NCBI RefSeq assembly: GCF_009914755.1
Contig: NC_060947.1
DNA from: the human T2T-CHM13v2.0 reference genome, Homo sapiens
Direction: 5' to 3' (one strand)
DNA length: 64,000 bases
The notes beneath the pieces are model-generated. The model saw nothing but the letters and a program-made list of their open reading frames with translations. It did not search any database and was not told where the DNA came from. The position numbers were made by a program, and so were the translations under genes. This document shows positions 56,571 through 64,000 of the stretch, piece by piece (position 1 is the stretch's first letter; every line of letters starts with the position of its first letter).

Positions 56571-59148
56571 TATATGTATGTATAAATGTAATTCCTATAA
56601 GAAGGCATCACTAAATAGGGTATCAGAACATGATTTCCAAGAAGTATCCTCAGTTAATATTGGTGGTTCCAACCACAACAATCATTCTGAAAAATGCTCA
56701 AGACTGTCTTCCAACAGTGGTGAGAGCTGAAGTTCTGCTAGAGCACCTGCTTGGACATCTTGGCTTTCCAGCATAAAGCATCTCATTACTTTATGAATTT
56801 CTCAAGACACATACAGTAAAATAGCCATAATAAGGATTAAAGGACATATATTTTTATTGCTCAAATTCTCTTCTACTTTGTCTTAGAATATAAAGCAATT
56901 CTGATATGCAAGTTAATTCCTAACATTGCTGAGTAGGAATGGACTGTGCATATTTTATTTGGACTCTCCATTTATTGAGTTCATATTGTATGTCCAACTT
57001 TTTAATGAACTTCCAGATAATCTAAATGGATTTCCACAATCATTTTTGGAGTTAATGCTATAATCTCTAATAAAGTAATGGGAAGACTTAAGGTCATGAA
57101 GATCCTAGCACCTATCTTATTCCACATTTCTAGAAGTTTTAAGGCTGGTCTTCAGTACATCTTTAATAATTCCATGATGGGGTATAGTTCTGTTTTAGTG
57201 ATGGTCCATTTCTACCAATGTTTAGTCCTAGATTTTTAGACAGCGTGAATTCTGTACTTTTTCCCAAATTCCCAGTCACTCTTGTTTTGTTCGTTGGTCA
57301 TAGTTGTTGTTTTATTCTGTCCATATTTCTCTCTTTGGATGCAAATTACACATGAAAACATGGCATATTCATATTTCAGACTATGGCAATATTAACTGTA
57401 ATTTTTACTCTCCCATTGAAGATTGCATGATAAGCTTGCCAAGAGTTATCAAATACTTTGTCCAGCCATATTTTGTAAACAGTATCCACTGCTGGTTTAT
57501 CTAATACAAAAAGAGAATGGATAATGCCCTTCCATCAGAGACACTTAAGAGTTTATTAAAAACATTGACATATTCTGTTGAAACTCAGCCTGGAAGATTT
57601 GACTACTATAGCATTCTTAGAAATGGTCAAGTGGTCAAAGCTTTTGGAATGTTAAATATTTCAAGAGTATTTGGCCCTCTATAGTAAAACGTTTTATCAT
57701 GCAAATCTCCAATGGAGGTTTCTCTGTTTAAATTGATTTATGGTATTTACATGAGAAAGACAAATTATTTATGTCAATGATCTGTTCTGATCCTTCACTC
57801 CAGAATTGCACATTATTTCTTTGATCTATACATAAGTATTTGCAACCTCTATGTTATTGAAAATAATTTTGCCATTTGTTCACTTAATCTCTCAAGTAGT
57901 AAAATCTCTGGCCTATTCTTGGGTAGTAATGAATTTGATTTTCTGAGTTTGGAAGATTAAAGGCACTCATTTGTATTTCAAATGCAAGGGAGCCCCTATT
58001 AGCTTCTCTTGACAAACACCAAAAAGGGCAATTTTACATCAAATGTCGTGGCCCTTCAGTTTAAATAGCAATTACACAAAAAAAGCTGTTGATTTCATCT
58101 ACAAATAGTGAAATCTCAATGTGGATTAATATTTCTGGTTGAATATTGTGGCTTTTCTATTGGACTTATGATTGGTAGCAATTTATTATAATAGATATGA
58201 GTTTTTAAATATATTTTTAGAAAAAAGTATATTATTTTTCAATTTCAAATGTTTTAAGATTGATTTACAAAATTCTGTATATGGATTTAGGAAGCAAAGT
58301 TATAAACATCAGGTACTTCAATCTATACCAAACCATTAAATCTGTTAGTCTGTTTCAGTATATACTCAATTGCTTCCAAAACAATAGGTAACTTACACTG
58401 AACTTCACAGTTTCCATCACCTTCTATTCAAGTTCAACCGGTGATGGATCAATGTTAAATAGATTTTAAATATAAAGTAGGCATTTTCAGAAAATAAAGA
58501 TATAATCAAGATCTCTGTCTTTCACCTAATTCATGGCTGAGGTTGCTCATGGGTTCTGGAGCAAAACACACATAGCCTAAAAAATAACAAGACTTTGAAT
58601 AAAGAATGTAGTGAACAAGGTCTGTACTGACTGGCCACATGAAGCAAAGGAAAATAAAGTTATTTGACAGTAAGCTCCAGATTAAAGAAAGGAGACCAAC
58701 TTCAGAGTGACAGCTTCCCACTGAAATAGAATTTTAAAAATGCACAGATTCAAGCCTTAGAGATATTATTAATATTTTTTCAAAGTTGCGTTTGGAGAAT
58801 GTAATTTTTAAGTACAATATGCTAAATAAAACAGTATCCATAGTGGTAAGCAAATATAAGAAAATGTGCATCACAGGAAACTAAATTATTCTAGAAGATT
58901 GAATGCAGGGATTATCATAAAACATAAAAAAATTATGTATGCTATCAACAAGAAAACATGGATTAGAAACATCAAAGGCAGAGACAGCAGAACCCAAAAT
59001 GACATATAAAGTATAAATATTCCTGTAAAAGAAGCATAAACAGCTGGATCAGGAGTATAGCCAAAGATGTATAAGAATAATACATTCCTGACCCTAAAAA
59101 GTCTCTCTGACTTTTCAGAAAAAGAAAAAAAAAGCTTGTGTGCAGACA

Positions 59149-59150
<2 letters not shown>

Positions 59151-59192
<42 letters not shown>

Positions 59193-59287
59193 ACACTTAC
59201 ACTAACAAATTCTAACAGCAGAGAAACCTTTGAAAGGAGTTAAAGATAGGTGTTATACACACACACACACACAGACACACACACACA
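59151..59287. repeat. (TC)n at 59153-59188 and (CA)n at 59257-59287
   Basis: Read directly. Confidence 0.92.
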
Positions 59288-59395
59288 AATCGGTGTTGAG
59301 AAGGGCAACGGTGGAAGCTAAGAATCTCTGGAATCATCTTTTAAAATAGTTGACGGACAAAAATTAACAGCCAACAATATTAAAACCAATTAAGC

Positions 59396-60056
59396 AGGGG
59401 AAAATGAACACTTTTACACTGTTGGTGGGAGTATAAATTAGTTCAACCATTATGGAAGACAGTTTGGCAACTCCTCAAATATGTAGAAGCAGAAATACCA
59501 TTTGACTCAGAAATCCCATTACTGAGTATATACCCAAAGAAATATAAATCATTCTACTATAAAGATACATGCACACATATGTTCATTGCAGCACTACTCA
59601 CAATAGCAAAGACATGGAAGCAACCCAAATGCCCTACAATGATAGACTGGATAAAGAAAATGTGGTACATATACACCATGGAATACCATGCAGCCATTAA
59701 AACGAATGAGATTATGTCCTTTGCAGGGACATGGATAGAGCTGAAGGCCATTATCCTTGGCAAACTAACACAGGCACAAAAACGAGACACACCACATGTT
59801 CTCACTTGTAAGTAGGAGCTGAACAATGAGAACACATGGTCACATGGGAGGGAGCAACACACACTGGGGCCTGTGAGAGGGTGGAGGTGCAGGAGGAAGG
59901 ACCGCATCAGGAAGAATAGCTAATGGATGCTGGGCTTAATACCTGGGTGATGGGTTGATCTTTGCACCAAGCCAACATGGCACATGTTTACCTATGTAAC
60001 AAACCTGCACATCCTGCACATGTGCCCAAGAACTTAAAATAAAAGTTGAAGAATAA
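59396..60056 (+). mobile_element. L1PA10-13-type 3' end (ORF2 C-terminus plus 3'UTR)
   Basis: ORF 59579-59815 (MFIAALLTIAKTWKQPKCP...WIKKMWYIYTMEY) is the L1 ORF2 C-terminus; TSD aaaa(c/a)caattaagc. Confidence 0.95.
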
Positions 60057-60599
60057 AAAACAATTAAGCTATTATTCATGGAAGTAATTAAACATATCTT
60101 TACTTGTAATGATTCAAAATTATTGCACCATTATGCAAAAAGTGGAAGAGATTTCCTGCTGTACTCAGATATTCATTTTCCCACTCCCATAGAAGACCCA
60201 AAATGTTGTCTTTTACTGGGCTGGCCAGAATAAACTCTGCTTAGTTCTAGCCAGTGGGAGGTGAGCTCACTTTCTCCTCCTCCTTGGAATGAGACTGTGG
60301 TGGTGAACATTTAGAACCATATGGAGAAGAGGAATTCCCTAGCTCAAACAAATAGATACTTGTATATTCAATGACATGGGCAACCTAGGGATCCTTCTCT
60401 GTTGTCAACTGGTGTCTCATAGGAGGATAATAAGAATCTATTTTAATTATTCACTCTATTACTATTTTCAATTTCAGTCATAACAGAAAAGCTTGGGACC
60501 TAGATAATACTAAATTGTTTCACACCTTACTTAGAAAATTATTTGAGTTTCTGAAGGAAAACACAGACTTCCAGACAACAGAAGACCAAGAAGAATTGA

Positions 60600-61488
60600 A
60601 ACTGTGCTAGGACTGCCATAGCGAAATAGAATGATGAAGTATGTGAACCCCGAAAATCTGAGACAGGTCTGAATTAATTTAGAAAGTTTATTTTGTCAAG
60701 TTTGAGGATGCGTGCCAGTGAAACAGCCTCAGGAGGTCTTCGCGACATGTGCCCAAGGTGATCAGAGCACAGTTTGGTTTTATACACTTTAGGGAGACAT
60801 GAGACATCGATCAACATATGTAAGATGAACATTGGTTCCATCTGGAAAGGAGGGACAACTCAAAGCGGGGAGCTTCCAAGTCAAATGGTTGCATTCTATC
60901 GAGTTTCTGATGAGCCTCTCCAAAGGAGGCAATCAGATATGCATTTATCTCAGTGAGCAGAGGGGGGACTTGGAACAGAATGGAAGGCAGGTTTACCCTA
61001 AGCAGTTCCCAGCTTGACTTTTCCCTTTAGCTTAGTGATTTGGAGGTCCCAAAATTTATTTTTCTTTCACAGTTATACAAGAGAAATTTAGTTCCTCACA
61101 GTTCTTGGGCCTGGGAAGTCCATAATCAAGGTCCAAGAAGGTTCTGTTTCTGTGAGGGCTTCCTTCTTTGCTTACAGATATCTAGCTTCTCACTGTGGCC
61201 TCACATGGTGGGGAGAAAACAAGAGGTATATCTCTCTCTTCCTCCTCTTATAAGACCAGTAGTACTACAGAATTGGAACCCCATGGATATGACCTTATTT
61301 AACCTGAATTGTCTCCCAAAAGTCCTGTATCCAAATATAGTCACATTGTGGGTTGGGACTTCAACATATGAAGTGTGTGTGCACGTGTGTGCCTGTGTGT
61401 GTGTGTAAGGGGTATAATTCAGATCATAACATTTCATTCCTGCCTATTCAAAATTCATGTCCATATATCATACAAAATACAGTCATTC
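60600..61488 (-). mobile_element. MLT1A-type LTR plus ~55 bp adjacent internal sequence, split by MER4A1
   Basis: ggactgccata, then ctcacagttct...atgaccttatttaacc...ccaaatatagtcacattg...acttcaacatatgaa...ataacattt...caaaattcatgtcc. Confidence 0.8.
60642..61071 (-). mobile_element. MER4A1-type ERV1 solo LTR
   Basis: tgtgaaccccgaaaatctgagacaggtc...acagcctcaggaggtc...ccctaagcagttcccagcttgacttttccctttagc...ctttcaca. Confidence 0.92.
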
Positions 61489-61843
61489 TGAGGACAGAGG
61501 CCATTTCTCTTACTGTCTCCTATCTCTAAAGAGAAGAAGGAAGTAAAAGCTGAAAAACAACAGGAATGAAGTCAGTGGCAAGACCAACTGGCACCACTGA
61601 CCAGGCCTGAGGTTAAAGACTAACCCCCCACTCTAACCACATGTGCTATCTATAGATCTCAATCTATCACAACCCTTTCATGTGTACCCCTTAGAGTTGT
61701 AAACCCTTAAAAGGGCCAGGAACTCTTTCTTCAGAGAGCTCAGTTCTTGAGACGCAAGTCTGCTGATGCTCCCGACCAAATAAAGCCTCTTCCTTCTTTC
61801 ACCCGGTGTCTGAGGAGTTTTGTCTGTGGCTCGTCCTGCTACA
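61489..61843 (+). mobile_element. ERV1 solo LTR of the LTR2/LTR15 (HERV-E/ERV3-like) group
   Basis: TG...CA; aaataaagcctcttccttcttt.acccggtgtctgaggagttttgtctgtggctcgtcctgctaca; perfect TSD ATTC. Confidence 0.85.
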
Positions 61844-61850
61844 ATTCCAA

Positions 61851-62198
61851 CTACTAAGCCATAAAAAAGAATAAAATAATGTCTTTTTTAACAACTTGGA
61901 TGTCACTGGAGGCCATTATTCTAAGTGAAGTAGCTTAGGAATTGAAATCAGATACTGCATGCTTTCACTTATAAGTGGGAGCTAAGGTATGGGGACACAG
62001 AGGCAAACACAGTGTTATAATGGACACTAGAGACTCAGAAGCAGGAGGCTAGGATGAACGTGAGGGATGAAAAGTACCTATTGGGTACAATGTACATTAT
62101 TCTGGTGACAGGTCCACTAAAATCCCAGATTTCATCACTATATGATTCAGTCATGTAACCAAAAGCTGCTTGGAGTTCTAAATCTATTGAAATTAAAA
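61851..62198 (+). mobile_element. L1PB3/4-type 3' end followed by (CA)n(GA)n to 62250
   Basis: gccattattctaagtgaagta...tcacttataagtgggagcta...cctattgggtacaatgtaca...catgtaaccaaaa. Confidence 0.9.
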
Positions 62199-62214
62199 CA
62201 CACAGACACACACA

Positions 62215-62248
<34 letters not shown>

Positions 62249-63403
62249 AGAAAAACAGGATGAAAGTGACATGCACACAAATGCCCCCAACTCCAAGGTC
62301 TCATTCAAAGCTTATCTCCTTCTTTGCAAATTCATAAAAGGCTTCAGCTGTCTCATTCTCAGGACCAGCATCCAGGGGATATGGCTTCTAGTCAGGTGTT
62401 CTTTATGTCAAAATATATAAGAAAAAATGTCTTTTAGGACTCATTATACTGGTATTGAGTCCTTGGGTGATAATTAGAGTAGGTAGGTATGAGAGAAGAG
62501 GAACCAGGAAAGAAGTTATTGAAAGAACAGTCCAGTAGAGGAGGTTGGGATTTTCTTATTAAGAATTTTACAAAAATTGTGTTGTATTTGTATATAATAT
62601 ACACAGTAAAAATCCAGGTTGTTATTAGCACTGTAAAAAATGAATTAATTCCACCTCAATCGTTGAAATGGTTTAGCCATATATCTGGTATATTATATTT
62701 AATATTAAAAGGATGAGACCCATATGTAATACATGAGTTCATAAATCACCATTTGTGGAAGTTGATTCTGAAAAGATAATACCTCTAACACAGCTTGATT
62801 CACCTGCACTCCAAGCTCCAGCAACTGGACCCTCCTTGACTCAACGGCTGAGGCCCCCAGAAAGTTGTACATGAGTGAAGTTTGGATGTAGTTGGAAGAA
62901 CAGCAAGGAAATTTACATGGAGCGCTCTCCTTCGTGGATGCCATAAGGATCAGAAATGCAATTCCAGGGAATCTCAGGGTGAGTACCAGAAAGTGTCAGA
63001 TTATGGCTTGGAGATTTCCTCCAGAGATGCTGGAATGATGGAAAGTGAGTGAGCCTGACTTCTGTTATCCACAGACTCCTCTAGGAACTTCCATAGGCTG
63101 CGGATAGTGTTCTCTACTGATTAATGGTCCCATGGTGGTTGAGACCATTTTATCTGTACCTTCCAAGAAGGCACGGCCATTTAGAATAATCTAATGGCAT
63201 GGCCTAAAATCCAGTGAGTCAACAAAAAAATGAGTTATTCAAGTCAGGAGACCTGGGAATCAGAACACACAGGTGACATTCCCAGCAAACCAAGCTGCTG
63301 CAGGAAACAGATGGCAAGTTGTACAAACAACAAAATGTTATTAGTAACAATAACATTAATATTAATAGTAGCAACAGCATATAATGAAAAACTATAGCAC
63401 TTA

Positions 63404-63765
<362 letters not shown>

Positions 63766-64000
63766 ATTCTAGTTAAAAAAGCACTGAACTAATTAAAAGG
63801 ATTTTCATTGTTGACACCTAATTTAAAGGTCTGCAAAATCAAATGTGCACACATCTCAACAGAGAAAGAATGAAACCCTGGAGAATGATAAACCAAAATG
63901 GATAAGGTTATTATCTATGAATGTGTTACGTAATTGTCAAAATAAAGTTATTGGAAGCAAGAAATATACCATAAAGAAAATTATAAACTAGACAGGCTTT

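Noticed and set aside
59579-59815. Protein-like 78-aa ORF
   Set aside because: It is the L1 ORF2 C-terminus of a 5'-truncated dead copy, not a gene.
55995-61071. MER4B and MER4A1 as the two LTRs of one provirus
   Set aside because: Opposite orientations, different subfamilies, and no internal ERV sequence between them.

Overview
This is AT-rich primate, most likely human, non-coding genomic DNA: it carries AluJ/S/Y, L1PA, THE1/MST, MLT2A, MER4-group LTRs and MADE1. I can support no protein-coding exon, RNA gene, CpG island or CRISPR array. The listed ORFs are Alu, LTR, L1 or microsatellite read-throughs, or have no recognisable protein character. The window holds about 20 Alus (15 minus, 5 plus), more than 20 solo LTRs in mixed orientation (favouring an intergenic location), several nested insertions with readable target-site duplications (TSDs), DNA-transposon fossils (MER1A, MER6, MADE1), two ~0.6 kb degenerate GATA blocks and a 31-bp minisatellite. 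I found no new multi-gene biological system. The best leads are the phased TGATAA/CCAAT minisatellite born inside an L1, a tail-less Alu with a TSD, a ~90-bp templated insertion, MaLR/ERVL LTRs with intact versus broken DUX4-type sites, and a locally CpG-retaining AT-rich stretch. Subfamily names come from recalled consensus sequences and need RepeatMasker/Dfam confirmation.
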